Source of the DNA: a virus
Virus record (IMG/VR): IMGVR_UViG_3300044539_000240
Strand: one strand, 5' to 3'
Length of the DNA: 64,000 nucleotides
Below are positions 9,177 through 18,653 of this stretch, piece by piece (position 1 is the first letter of the stretch; each line of letters starts with the position of its first letter). The notes beneath the pieces were generated by a model. That model worked only from the letters and a program-made list of their open reading frames with translations. It searched no databases and was not told where the DNA came from. The position numbers were made by a program, and so were the translations under genes.

Positions 9177-10220
9177 TTAATTTAATAACCATTTAGAATT
9201 ATCACCATATGGTAATGGACCACCTGAACCTCCACGTAGAGTTTCAACATAATTATCAATTTTACTTAGTGCACCACCCCATTTACCATCAAATTCATTC
9301 ACACATGCTTGAACTTTTTCTTTCATTGGTGCAAATGTGTTTGGTTCAACTCGTTTTTTAGTTCTCCAAGCCTCATAGTAAGCTCTAATTGTATCTCTAC
9401 AGTCACTTTTACTTGTTGGAGTTTGACTCGTAACCGCTTTACTAAATTGGTCGGCGATTTTATCTCCTGATGACCCTACGACTAAATTAGGTGAAAAATA
9501 CATGATTAAATCTTGAGAGAATATACCTTCACTAGCAGGACTGACAACTTTTGAAGTCCAAGTTTTAACTTGTTCAGAATCTAATTGATTTCTTAATTTA
9601 TACCCTAAATCAGTATATTTTTTAATAAGTTTTGTTTGTTCATCGTTTAGTCCACCAGCGATTCCACTACTTGCAACACTTCTATATAGTGTAACTCCGT
9701 TAACAACTTTTTTCTCAAACATTTTTGGGTTTTCTAAGTTTTCACGAGTTGTTTGAATTTCACTCGCCTCTTTCCATCCACCTTCTGTTTTAACTAAATT
9801 AGTATCTTTAGTGTTTGCATCTTGTTGAGCCTTTAATGCCGCTTGTTGTGTTTTTATTTGTTCGGCTTTTGAACATTTCCATTTTCCTTTTTCACCTGTT
9901 GCAGGTAATAGATAAGTCATATCTGGATAAAAAATAAGAACTTGGTTAGATTTTAGAGTAGTTGTTTGATAAGCGGGTTTTTTAGTCCCTTTTATGTATT
10001 TAATTACCCCATTTTTAAAACATCCTGCCGCCTCAGAATCCTTAAGAAATTTTCTATCAATTTCATCTTGATTCACAACAACTTCCTCTTTTTTAGGTTC
10101 CTCTTTTTTAGGTTCCTCTATTTTAGGTTCTTCTGTTTGTTCTAATAACCCTTTTTTTCTCAACTTAGAATGCATTTCTAAGATTTGTTTTACTTCGTTT
10201 GAGTCTACATTAAATTTCAT
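9177..10220 (-). CDS. hypothetical protein with EEPKKEEPK repeats. Start corrected to MKFNVDSNE.
   Basis: The longest ORF overlaps the upstream gene by 119 nt. The Met at 10220 lies 7 nt after that gene's stop. Tandem 15 nt repeats at 10081-10130 encode (EEPKx)3. Confidence 0.55.
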   Translation of the reverse strand: MKFNVDSNEVKQILEMHSKLRKKGLLEQTEEPKIEEPKKEEPKKEEVVVNQDEIDRKFLKDSEAAGCFKNGVIKYIKGTKKPAYQTTTLKSNQVLIFYPDMTYLLPATGEKGKWKCSKAEQIKTQQAALKAQQDANTKDTNLVKTEGGWKEASEIQTTRENLENPKMFEKKVVNGVTLYRSVASSGIAGGLNDEQTKLIKKYTDLGYKLRNQLDSEQVKTWTSKVVSPASEGIFSQDLIMYFSPNLVVGSSGDKIADQFSKAVTSQTPTSKSDCRDTIRAYYEAWRTKKRVEPNTFAPMKEKVQACVNEFDGKWGGALSKIDNYVETLRGGSGGPLPYGDNSKWLLN

Positions 10221-10227
10221 CTTGTAA

Positions 10228-11397
10228 TTATTTATCTTGAATATTATTTGATTCTTCTGAGTCACTCTCACCATCTTCAAGTCCATAATCATCCGTCTTA
10301 GCTGGTGGTAATTTTTCTTCAGTCGGTTTATTTGCCGTTCTAACACCAGGGTGTCTTGTATCTAAAATACCGGTTGCGGTTGGATTATTCTCTAATGAAA
10401 CCCAATCTTTAATTATTTTACCTTTATTTTTCCAACTTTTAGTAAACCATTGTCCATTAACTACTTTATACTGATATGGGTCTCCAGGAAACGTATAAGC
10501 TCCATCTTCTTTTGGTTGATATTCTCCACCTCCAGTATTTCCACCTCCGGTATTTCCACCTCCGGTATTTCCATCTTCTATAGGGGCTTCTTTAGGGGTA
10601 CCTTCAGGGTTTTCGGTAAGTGTACCTTCCGCTTTCATAGTTTGAACGATAGCATATACACCAGCACCACCAATCAACAATCCTACCCCCCATTTTAACC
10701 AACGAGTAAATGGCCATTTTGATGCCCCTTGAGTTAAAACTTGTTTGTTCGCATCTGCCAAGATTGCTTTAATTTGAGTTGATGTTGCCGGTTTACCTCC
10801 AACAGTTACTTGTTGAATCAATTTTTCTCTAGTAAATTGACCTAAATTTTTAGTACCTAATCTAGCTTTTTCAGCTTGAGCTAATTTTTGATATTGGGCC
10901 TTTTCAGCGGCTGTGAGTCCTTGAGTACTACCAGCAGAACGATTTGCAATTTTATTAGCAATTTCATCAGCGACATCATCAGGGTATCCTCCTTTTTTAA
11001 ACGCTTTTGCAATATCTGATTGACTTTTACCTCGATATAAATTGATAACATCATCACTATTTGTAATTGATTTAATCAATGACGATTTATCTGAGAAACT
11101 AATTGAAGGGTTTTTCAAAAATGTGTTTGTTAATAAAGTACCACTAGCATCATCCAAAGCTGTTGTTGAACCTTTCTTTAAGATGTTTTTTAAGTCATCC
11201 GCACTTGTTACTGCAATACCTGTTTTTGTTTTTAAAGTACCTTTCTTAAAAATATCATCTAAAGCCTTACCCCCTTTACTTATCAAATTCTTCCAAACTT
11301 GTGGTTGTTCTAATAGTGGTTCTAAGTTTTCGGTTAATGTTTTCTTAACATCATAACCCATTAGTAGTTTAATTCTACTTGTTTCGTTTATATTCAT
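10228..11397 (-). CDS. hypothetical protein with N-terminal KLLMGYDVKKTLTEN propeptide-like motif, GGNTGGG repeats and one TM segment (389 aa)
   Basis: Shares its N-terminal approximately 25 aa with 12655..13170. Tandem 15 nt repeat at about 10525-10573. Possible virion internal protein. Confidence 0.55.
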   Translation of the reverse strand: MNINETSRIKLLMGYDVKKTLTENLEPLLEQPQVWKNLISKGGKALDDIFKKGTLKTKTGIAVTSADDLKNILKKGSTTALDDASGTLLTNTFLKNPSISFSDKSSLIKSITNSDDVINLYRGKSQSDIAKAFKKGGYPDDVADEIANKIANRSAGSTQGLTAAEKAQYQKLAQAEKARLGTKNLGQFTREKLIQQVTVGGKPATSTQIKAILADANKQVLTQGASKWPFTRWLKWGVGLLIGGAGVYAIVQTMKAEGTLTENPEGTPKEAPIEDGNTGGGNTGGGNTGGGEYQPKEDGAYTFPGDPYQYKVVNGQWFTKSWKNKGKIIKDWVSLENNPTATGILDTRHPGVRTANKPTEEKLPPAKTDDYGLEDGESDSEESNNIQDK

Positions 11398-11417
11398 GAT
11401 TTTTATTTATAATGTTT

Positions 11418-12665
11418 TTATTGAGGAAATTGACTTGTATCATATTTTATATTCATTGAAGCCAACTGACTTCCCATATCTAAATCGTCATTTCCGAATG
11501 AACCCGCAAATGCCCTATTATCCGCACCAAATGCGGTATTTAACCCGGCAGTTAATCCGGCAGCAGTTGCAACTTTCCCCGTTCTACTCGACAATACCTT
11601 TCCAACCGGAGCTAATTTAGTTTTTAAAGATGTACCAGTATTGGTCACCTTTTGTTTTAGATTTTTCGCAGATTTACCTACAGTTTGTTTTAAATTTCCA
11701 GACGCTTTTGCAACATCATCAATAACACCGGTTAATTTAGTTTTTAATTGACTTGAAACTTTTTCTAAAGATTTAATTCCAAGTTTTTTCCCTAACCAAC
11801 TAACCCCTTGGAGCATATACGCCCCAATTTGTGAAAGACCTGATACTATTTTTGATAGTATAGATGAAAACCATTTTACTGTTGAAGACCCTGATGTTGC
11901 CATTTTTTTAATAATCCCACTTAACGGTAATTTAGTCCCTAAAATACCTAATTGTTTAAATATTCCAGCAACAATCTTAGCGCCTGGACCTGTCGTTACA
12001 ACCCCTATTAAATCGATAATAATATTAACCCAATCCCAACTTCCATTAATCCCCTGTAATATATCCCAAGCTAACATCGCACCCCATACAACTACTAAAA
12101 TAACATTTCCAACACCTGAGGTTGAAGTTGCTAAAAAAGCTTGTACCGCGGCACCGCCCCAACTAAATAAAGCCTTTCTTAGATTTTCAAAAAACCAACC
12201 AAGACCTTTATTCACTAACCAATCAGTTCCGGCATTGACCTTATCTTTTAATTTACTAAAAAATCCTTTATCTTCTGATTGTTCGTTTATTGTTAAAAAA
12301 TTAGACAATGATTCTATAATATAATCCCAAGATGATGAAATAATGTCATTATCTTTACCTTCAGTTATTAAATTATTAGAATATTTTTGTTCAAATTCTA
12401 ATATAAATAAATCTTTAGTTTTTCCATCAAATATTTCAGAAATACCATACACAGTTTCTCTGATAATTTTTTGAATACTTAAAAAATCAGTTATTTTATT
12501 ATTATATGATTTTTGTGAATTTTCTTTTAAAAAGTTTAACCAAAAATTAATGTCGGTATTTTTAATATTAAACGATTTGTCACTAGCAATATCATATAAT
12601 GTATTTTCATACATAATGTATTGTCCGTTATGGGATAACGATAATAAATTTAAATTAAATACCAT
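11418..12665 (-). CDS. hypothetical membrane-active protein with Gly/Ala-rich glycine-zipper helices (415 aa)
   Basis: The C-terminal half contains several G/A-rich hydrophobic segments (GAAVQAFLATSTSGVGNVILVVVWGAMLAW; AGLTAGLNTAFGADN). Confidence 0.5.
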   Translation of the reverse strand: MVFNLNLLSLSHNGQYIMYENTLYDIASDKSFNIKNTDINFWLNFLKENSQKSYNNKITDFLSIQKIIRETVYGISEIFDGKTKDLFILEFEQKYSNNLITEGKDNDIISSSWDYIIESLSNFLTINEQSEDKGFFSKLKDKVNAGTDWLVNKGLGWFFENLRKALFSWGGAAVQAFLATSTSGVGNVILVVVWGAMLAWDILQGINGSWDWVNIIIDLIGVVTTGPGAKIVAGIFKQLGILGTKLPLSGIIKKMATSGSSTVKWFSSILSKIVSGLSQIGAYMLQGVSWLGKKLGIKSLEKVSSQLKTKLTGVIDDVAKASGNLKQTVGKSAKNLKQKVTNTGTSLKTKLAPVGKVLSSRTGKVATAAGLTAGLNTAFGADNRAFAGSFGNDDLDMGSQLASMNIKYDTSQFPQ

Positions 12666-13170
12666 ATTTCATTTCTTCTTTTGATTTAACTTTACAAATT
12701 TCTTGTTTTGAATTAACCGGTACTGTACACCAAGATTTAAGTTGTGATGATATTTTACCGACAATTGTTTTCATTAAATTCCCTGAAAACCACTCACCAT
12801 CAATCGCATCATATAAATTCTCACCATTAACTTCAGGATAAGTCTTAATTATTGCCATACTATTAGATATGTTATTAAATACTTTATTAATAACATAATC
12901 TATATCTCCTTGTCGTCCAATCCCCTCAATAGCCTTTAAGAATGCTGCTGCATTTTTTTTAGGGTCTCCCGTTGGATTTCCGTAATTTATTGTCATTTTC
13001 TCAGGATATTTCATATATCCTTTTACAATACTCTTAAAATATTCGTCAGGACTTGCTGTCTGCTCAAAAATAACACTTTTATTTTCATTTAATGTTTTTG
13101 ATGAATCATAACCCATCATTAACTTAACTCTATTTAACGCCTCTTCAGGACTATATTGTGGTTGTACCAT
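12655..13170 (-). CDS. hypothetical protein with N-terminal RVKLMMGYDSSKTLNEN motif (171 aa)
   Basis: N-terminus is paralogous to 10228..11397. Overlaps the next gene by 11 nt. Confidence 0.55.
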   Translation of the reverse strand: MVQPQYSPEEALNRVKLMMGYDSSKTLNENKSVIFEQTASPDEYFKSIVKGYMKYPEKMTINYGNPTGDPKKNAAAFLKAIEGIGRQGDIDYVINKVFNNISNSMAIIKTYPEVNGENLYDAIDGEWFSGNLMKTIVGKISSQLKSWCTVPVNSKQEICKVKSKEEMKYGI

Positions 13171-13204
13171 ATCTCAAGTATTTTATTTTATAAATATATC
13201 ATTA

Positions 13205-13456
13205 TTACCAAATTTGATTAGCCGCTCCTCTATTTAATCCTGTTTGCCATTTTTCCCCCGCTTTTCCCAACATATTCGCTTTACCTCGTGTTAATGTATA
13301 AAAATCTGACCATTTAGGGACTGACCCTCCACCACCTCCTGAAGATGGTGCAGATGAGGCAGGTGCAGCGTCTTGCTCACCAATTTCATCTTTCGATTCA
13401 GTTGATGGAGTGTATTTTTTGAAGAAATCAATAAGTGCGTTAATATCTGTAACCAT
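13205..13456 (-). CDS. hypothetical Gly/Ser-rich protein (83 aa)
   Basis: ORF between the head-like block and the divergent lipoprotein gene. Confidence 0.45.
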   Translation of the reverse strand: MVTDINALIDFFKKYTPSTESKDEIGEQDAAPASSAPSSGGGGGSVPKWSDFYTLTRGKANMLGKAGEKWQTGLNRGAANQIW

Positions 13457-13490
13457 TTTTAATATTTTTTTTTGTTATTTAAATAAATAG

Positions 13491-14042
13491 TTGTACTTTA
13501 GCCGTATGAAAAAAATAATCTTAATATTATCGGTATGTTTCTTACTTTTTTCCTGTGAAGCGTATGTAACAGAAAAAAGTGATGTAACACTTAGTGGGAA
13601 ATATGTGGTTTCCAAATTAGACATTACTAACGTTGACCAAAATCAAACAAGAGATTCTTTATATCTTCTTGGGACAACGTATAACAACTCATCACTACCA
13701 AAACCATTTGATGTAATACCAATTAATCATTTTTACATTCATATGGATTATGCATCAATTAGAATGAAATTAGTAGGAGTTACTCAAGGTGGTCAAGACA
13801 TTTGGGGTTATGGTAATGCACCCAATGAAATTTTTTACAGAATCTTAAATAATAACTCTTATGACCTTGGATACCTACAATTTGATTACATCACGGACAA
13901 TGGTTCTTCTCGAAGAATTACATTTCACATTGAACATGACGGATATGAAAGTCTTCAGTTAAAGAGTGTTGGTGGTTGGTTTAATGGTAAGTACGGTGAA
14001 AAACAAGTTATGACAATGTTTTTAACAAGAGTGGGTCCTTAA
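13491..14042 (+). CDS. lipoprotein (183 aa)
   Basis: Signal peptide MKKIILILSVCFLLFSC with lipobox L-F-S-C. Confidence 0.55.
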   Translation: MYFSRMKKIILILSVCFLLFSCEAYVTEKSDVTLSGKYVVSKLDITNVDQNQTRDSLYLLGTTYNNSSLPKPFDVIPINHFYIHMDYASIRMKLVGVTQGGQDIWGYGNAPNEIFYRILNNNSYDLGYLQFDYITDNGSSRRITFHIEHDGYESLQLKSVGGWFNGKYGEKQVMTMFLTRVGP

Positions 14043-14362
14043 TAAAACTCACTCTTTGGTAATTGAGATGGGTTAATCAAATAATATTCATTTAAGAATA
14101 CGATTAACTCATCTTCATCCAATTCAATTGTTTCTTCTTCAAAAATACCTCCTTCATAATCCTCATCGTCCCCAAAAAAGTCAAATGACTCAGTAACAAG
14201 GTCAAATCCGTATTCCTCAACAATAGTATAATCAATTGTGTCGTTTCTTAACACATCTTCTTCATCTTCAATAGTTCTAAATGAAACCTCAATAATATTT
14301 GTGTCGCCATTTAGATAATATGATATAATTTCTTTAATTTCCATAATTAGTTTTATAAACAA
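14039..14362 (-). CDS. hypothetical highly acidic protein (107 aa)
   Basis: D/E-rich ORF convergent with 13491..14042. Confidence 0.45.
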   Translation of the reverse strand: MFIKLIMEIKEIISYYLNGDTNIIEVSFRTIEDEEDVLRNDTIDYTIVEEYGFDLVTESFDFFGDDEDYEGGIFEEETIELDEDELIVFLNEYYLINPSQLPKSEFY

Positions 14363-14458
14363 ATATTCTAAAACATATCAAAAGACAAAATTTTATCAAG
14401 AAATACAATGTTTTTATCAATATTTATTCTTATATTTTTATCATAAAAACATAATAAA

Positions 14459-15040
14459 ATGAGATTCAATTCATTAACTATCGACGACTTTTATGCCGAC
14501 CCAATGCAGGTTAGAGAATTTGCACTTAAACAAGAATTTAAAGTTAGAGGTAATTATCCGGGACAAAGAACCGTATCGTTTTTAAACGACCCAATTAAAA
14601 AGAAATTAAGAGATATATTATACCCATTTGCTGGTGAAATCACAGATTGGGGAGGAGAATACACAGGTTCTTTCCAATATACCACAGCTGCGGACAGGTC
14701 ATGGATTCATGCTGACTCAACAACTGATTGGGCAGCGGTTTGTTATTTAACACCTGACGCACCCGTAACTGCAGGGACAGGTATTTTTAGACATAAAGAA
14801 ACCGGATGGATGAATTTTGATTATAAAAGACAAAATGACCCTGAGTATATGAAACAATCTCCTCCGGGACATGATATGCAGGATTATACAAAATGGGAAA
14901 TGGTGGACCGAGTTGGTAATGTGTTTAATCGACTAATAATGTATAGAGCCGACAACTATCACGTATCTTTAGATTATTTTGGGAAAGACCTTAACGACGG
15001 AAGATTATTTCAAGTATTCTTTTTCAATACAGAACGTTAA
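14459..15040 (+). CDS. putative Fe(II)/2-oxoglutarate-dependent oxygenase (PhyH-like)
   Basis: H-x-D in SWIHADS and a distal His in ADNYHVSLDY; size and spacing typical of a facial-triad oxygenase. Assignment tentative. Confidence 0.35.
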   Translation: MRFNSLTIDDFYADPMQVREFALKQEFKVRGNYPGQRTVSFLNDPIKKKLRDILYPFAGEITDWGGEYTGSFQYTTAADRSWIHADSTTDWAAVCYLTPDAPVTAGTGIFRHKETGWMNFDYKRQNDPEYMKQSPPGHDMQDYTKWEMVDRVGNVFNRLIMYRADNYHVSLDYFGKDLNDGRLFQVFFFNTER

Positions 15041-15471
15041 CATTTATGGTTTAAGATTAAATCCGGATTAAGTTCTCCAATAATTTTTAAAACTCCATCA
15101 ATACAATAACAAAGCTCCAAAGTTGTTATTGTTTTTTCAAACTTTTTAAATCCAATAACAACAGGGTGAAAACAAGTATTTTTACTTTTAGGGGTAAAGT
15201 TAAAATTTGGGTTCCATAAATTACTATATGGAATCCCTAATTCATGTAAAAAATCTATTGAGTCTTCGGTATACGACTCAAAATATGGTACACCTATTTC
15301 TTTTAACAGTATATTCAGATGTAATTTACTGACTTTATTATTACCCTCTTCAATTGAACGAAGAGTTAAATCTCCATTGTTTTGATTTTTTTGTAAAAAA
15401 TGCCAAAGAAAGATATCGTTTTCTTTGGCAATCCTATAAAAATCTTTATAAGAAACTTTCACACTATCCAT
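15037..15471 (-). CDS. hypothetical protein (144 aa)
   Basis: ORF between the two oxygenase genes; its start overlaps the stop of the P4H gene (15471). Confidence 0.45.
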   Translation of the reverse strand: MDSVKVSYKDFYRIAKENDIFLWHFLQKNQNNGDLTLRSIEEGNNKVSKLHLNILLKEIGVPYFESYTEDSIDFLHELGIPYSNLWNPNFNFTPKSKNTCFHPVVIGFKKFEKTITTLELCYCIDGVLKIIGELNPDLILNHKC

Positions 15472-16070
15472 TATCTAAAATTTGCACCACATAACCAAGT
15501 CACTAATGACTTTCTTGTACCCGAAGTTAATGGGGTCACCCTATGTAATAAAAATGACGGGAAAAAACAAATTGTCCCTAACCCTTTAGGGACTTCAATA
15601 ATATTACCACCAGGATTCATTTGTAGAATACCTCCTTCATATTCTTCAGGTGATGATAATTGTAAAACACAAGATAATTTTCTATTTGAAATGCCTGGTC
15701 CTAAATCAACATGCCAATCATAGTGACCACCATCACCGTAGTACTTAGTAAATTGTAACAGGTCTTGATAATCCCAAATATCAAAATTCCACATTTCTTT
15801 ATTTGCAATTTTTGCATAATTAGCAATTTTCTCATATATCCATGAAGTTTCTTCTGTTTCATTAATCCAAGAAATATCACTTACTCGATATTCTGAAACA
15901 CCTACTTCATTATCATGACCAACAGTGGTTCCGGGTGTTATTGGTAAATTTTCACCAATTTCAATTATTTTAAGAATTTCTTCTTGTGTGAACGCGTTAG
16001 TAAAATAATAATAATTCATGTGATTAATATTAGTCCTATGTTCCGGTAAAAAATGATTTGTTAATGACAT
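15471..16070 (-). CDS. prolyl 4-hydroxylase-like 2OG-Fe(II) oxygenase (P4Hc)
   Basis: HYDWHVD (H-x-D) ... GGILQMNPGG ... FFPSFLLHRVTPLTSGTRKS (distal His and R-x-S 2OG site). Start moved to MSLTNHF (16070) to remove a 12 nt head-on overlap with 16128 and a poly-Ile/Leu artefact. Confidence 0.65.
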   Translation of the reverse strand: MSLTNHFLPEHRTNINHMNYYYFTNAFTQEEILKIIEIGENLPITPGTTVGHDNEVGVSEYRVSDISWINETEETSWIYEKIANYAKIANKEMWNFDIWDYQDLLQFTKYYGDGGHYDWHVDLGPGISNRKLSCVLQLSSPEEYEGGILQMNPGGNIIEVPKGLGTICFFPSFLLHRVTPLTSGTRKSLVTWLCGANFR

Positions 16071-16127
16071 TTGTGTTTTTTTTATTAAATTAATTATAAT
16101 TAATATTATTAATAATTTCAACACAAT

Positions 16128-17381
16128 ATGAGAAAACATAAAATAATTGATACCATTTTTTTTTACGATGAAATAGAAATGTTGTATTTTAGGTTATCAG
16201 AGTTAGATGAGTATGTCGATGAATTCGTTATTATGGAATGTGAAATGGATTTTAAAGGTAATCCTAAACCATTAAATTATCTTGAAAATATTGATTTATT
16301 TAAAAAATGGAAGGATAAAATCACCTATTTACCAACTCCAAGTATAACGTTTAATGAAATCAACACAATTTACGAATCAATATCATTCACAAAAAAATTC
16401 AATAAAACAAATGATAAGATTGTTGGTAAAGACGACATTAGATTTTTTCAAATAATTACACTTATTGGAATTTTATTAGAAAAACCGATAGGTCTTGATG
16501 ATTTAATTTTAATTTCAGATGTTGATGAAATCCCGGACTTATCAAAAGTATCATCATTTAAATCCCAACTTAAATTTGGTGTGATTGTTTTAAGACAAAC
16601 TAATTTTACGTGGACAACAAAATATTTTGATATAATACCTAATATGGGAACAATTGGATTTCAATTTAACCGATTAGTAACTAACCCTGAAATTGTTTAT
16701 AAAGCATATTTTAACAAATCATTACCTTCCAATTTGGACTTTGAGATTATTGATAATGGTTATCATTTATCTCATTTTTATGATTTAGAAAAAACAATAT
16801 CCAAATTAAAATTACTTCACGATGAAAATTGTGAATATGATTTAAGTGAGTTAGATAGTAAGGTAAGATATTCATATGAGAATTTAACATCAATCAAAAC
16901 CAATTCTAATGAAAAAATTTATAATTTAATTGATTATAATGGTGAATTACCTAAAAATATTGAACTATTAAAGAATCAAACTATTGGAAGGTTGTGGGAC
17001 AAAAAAAGTTTAATTGTACTTAATCATATTGGAGAATACAATGATTTTGAGATGGAGGAAATGTTTGACAATATTTGTGTAATTAATTTTACTGATAACA
17101 CACAACTACCATACGAAACCGAATTGTCCGAAAAAACAACTTATTATAACATATTAAAACCCTTTGAGGTTTATTATAAAACAGATGATGTTTTGGATTT
17201 AAAGACTTTTCAAAAAATATTTTGTATTAATGACGTAAAAAAAATTGTTCGAGAATTATTACCAATAGACCAAGATTTAATTGTTTTTTCTAATAGTGAA
17301 AATCCAACAAATAACGTCGTACACCCGTGGAAAGAAGTTAAAAATAATTTTATTTACGATTTAGTTAAAGATATTCTATAA
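16128..17381 (+). CDS. putative glycosyltransferase, GT17 (GnT-III-like) family N-terminal domain (417 aa)
   Basis: N-terminus IIDTIFFYDEIEMLYFRLSELDEYVDEFVIMECEMDFKGNPKPLNY closely resembles the conserved start of GT17 proteins (FNxELDLLExRL..VDxFVIxE..F.GxPKPL). Confidence 0.45.
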   Translation: MRKHKIIDTIFFYDEIEMLYFRLSELDEYVDEFVIMECEMDFKGNPKPLNYLENIDLFKKWKDKITYLPTPSITFNEINTIYESISFTKKFNKTNDKIVGKDDIRFFQIITLIGILLEKPIGLDDLILISDVDEIPDLSKVSSFKSQLKFGVIVLRQTNFTWTTKYFDIIPNMGTIGFQFNRLVTNPEIVYKAYFNKSLPSNLDFEIIDNGYHLSHFYDLEKTISKLKLLHDENCEYDLSELDSKVRYSYENLTSIKTNSNEKIYNLIDYNGELPKNIELLKNQTIGRLWDKKSLIVLNHIGEYNDFEMEEMFDNICVINFTDNTQLPYETELSEKTTYYNILKPFEVYYKTDDVLDLKTFQKIFCINDVKKIVRELLPIDQDLIVFSNSENPTNNVVHPWKEVKNNFIYDLVKDIL

Positions 17382-17386
17382 AAAAA

Positions 17387-17404
17387 CCCCTCATTATTGA
17401 GGGG
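17387..17404. terminator. bidirectional intrinsic terminator
   Basis: cccctca-ttat-tgagggg hairpin flanked by an A-run upstream and T-rich sequence downstream, between convergent genes. Confidence 0.65.
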
Positions 17405-17410
17405 TTAGTT

Positions 17411-18445
17411 TTAATTATATCTGCTCATTCTGTTAAACATCTCTGAGATTTTATTTTTTTGAGTTTTGAAATCTTCTTGAAGGTCGGTGTCAATTTCTTC
17501 CCACTCATCCTCAGAATCATCTCCGTCAAAATCTCCATTGTGAGTTGCAAATCCAAAATCATTTTCTTCTTCATCCTCATCCTCATTATAACTGAATCTT
17601 TGGTATGGTCCGGCACTACCAGGTCCATCACTATCAAAATCGTAAGCTGGGTCCATATCTCCGTAAATTCCTTGAGAACCTGAAACATCAACTTCCCCTA
17701 TTTCTCCTTCATTACTCAATTTGTCAATTGCATAATCAATTACGATTGGAGCTGCGATTCTTGCAACAGTTCCCCATCCTTGTTCTTTTATTTCATCATC
17801 CGCCCACGCAGATTCCATTCTCTCATATTCAACTTCTTCGTCATCATATTCATTAACCGGATAAACACCACCAGGCCCTTCTGATTCAAAATCATACGCT
17901 GGTTCAACAGAATCAGTATCCATATCATCGACATTTCCACCTTGTTCGCCAAGTTCGTCAGTCGATAATTCAATATCTTCAAAACCATCATCATCAATTA
18001 TATCATCTTCTTTATAAAGATTTTTATGCATTCCTTCAAATGTTCCGTAATCGTTTCCTCCACCTTCAACATAATCAAAATCTCCATGTGATAGGTTTAA
18101 ATCTCTTTCTTTATAGATATCGTCTAGATGTCCTGTTTCTTCTTCCATTTGTCCGTAACCACATTCCATGCATTCACCTTCGGTCATTTGACCTCCACAT
18201 TGTTCACACATAGATTTTTCTTCAACTTGTTCGTTGATTCCAAAGTTTGTATATTTCTTAACTTCACCTTTATTATTAACAACAAGTCCTTCTTTATCAC
18301 CTGCCGGGTCATATACGTATAATGGTTGGGTATTTGATACTTGAGGTTGCATTGTTTGGTAACCGTTGTATAAACTTCTGTGTTGGTCTAATATATCCGA
18401 CTTTTCCGCCGCTGACAATTGACCTATTCCATAATTTGTTCTCAT
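17411..18445 (-). CDS. highly acidic protein with a double CxxC zinc ribbon and repeated DPAYDF(D/E)S(D/E)GPG motifs (344 aa)
   Basis: CEQCGGQMTEGECMECGYGQ; repeats MDPAYDFDSDGPGSAGPY and VEPAYDFESEGPGGVYPV; long D/E tracts. Several embedded short ORFs on both strands are rejected. Confidence 0.6.
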   Translation of the reverse strand: MRTNYGIGQLSAAEKSDILDQHRSLYNGYQTMQPQVSNTQPLYVYDPAGDKEGLVVNNKGEVKKYTNFGINEQVEEKSMCEQCGGQMTEGECMECGYGQMEEETGHLDDIYKERDLNLSHGDFDYVEGGGNDYGTFEGMHKNLYKEDDIIDDDGFEDIELSTDELGEQGGNVDDMDTDSVEPAYDFESEGPGGVYPVNEYDDEEVEYERMESAWADDEIKEQGWGTVARIAAPIVIDYAIDKLSNEGEIGEVDVSGSQGIYGDMDPAYDFDSDGPGSAGPYQRFSYNEDEDEEENDFGFATHNGDFDGDDSEDEWEEIDTDLQEDFKTQKNKISEMFNRMSRYN

Positions 18446-18641
18446 AAATAAGTTTTATTATAAATACACACGATTTACCCTTTTTATGTTTGACATATCG
18501 AAAATACCTGATTATATTTAATTAAGACAAGTGAAAGGTTGATAATTCATTTGATAGTATCTTGGTAATTTACTCTTCGCCTAATATCAACCCCACTTGT
18601 TTTTTTTTTCTTCACTATTTTTTTATTCCAATTTAATTTAA

Positions 18642-18649
18642 TATCTTTG
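18642..18649 (+). promoter_or_regulatory. Bacteroidetes sigma-A -7 element TATCTTTG (TAnnTTTG), 4 nt before ATG (leaderless or near-leaderless mRNA)
   Basis: Exact match to TAnnTTTG directly upstream of 18654. Confidence 0.5.
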
Positions 18650-18653
18650 TCCT

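Noticed and set aside
17425-18322. Five short ORFs on both strands inside 17411..18445
   Set aside because: They are produced by the repetitive acidic coding sequence (GA-rich or TC-rich frames). The long ORF with zinc ribbon and repeats is the real gene.
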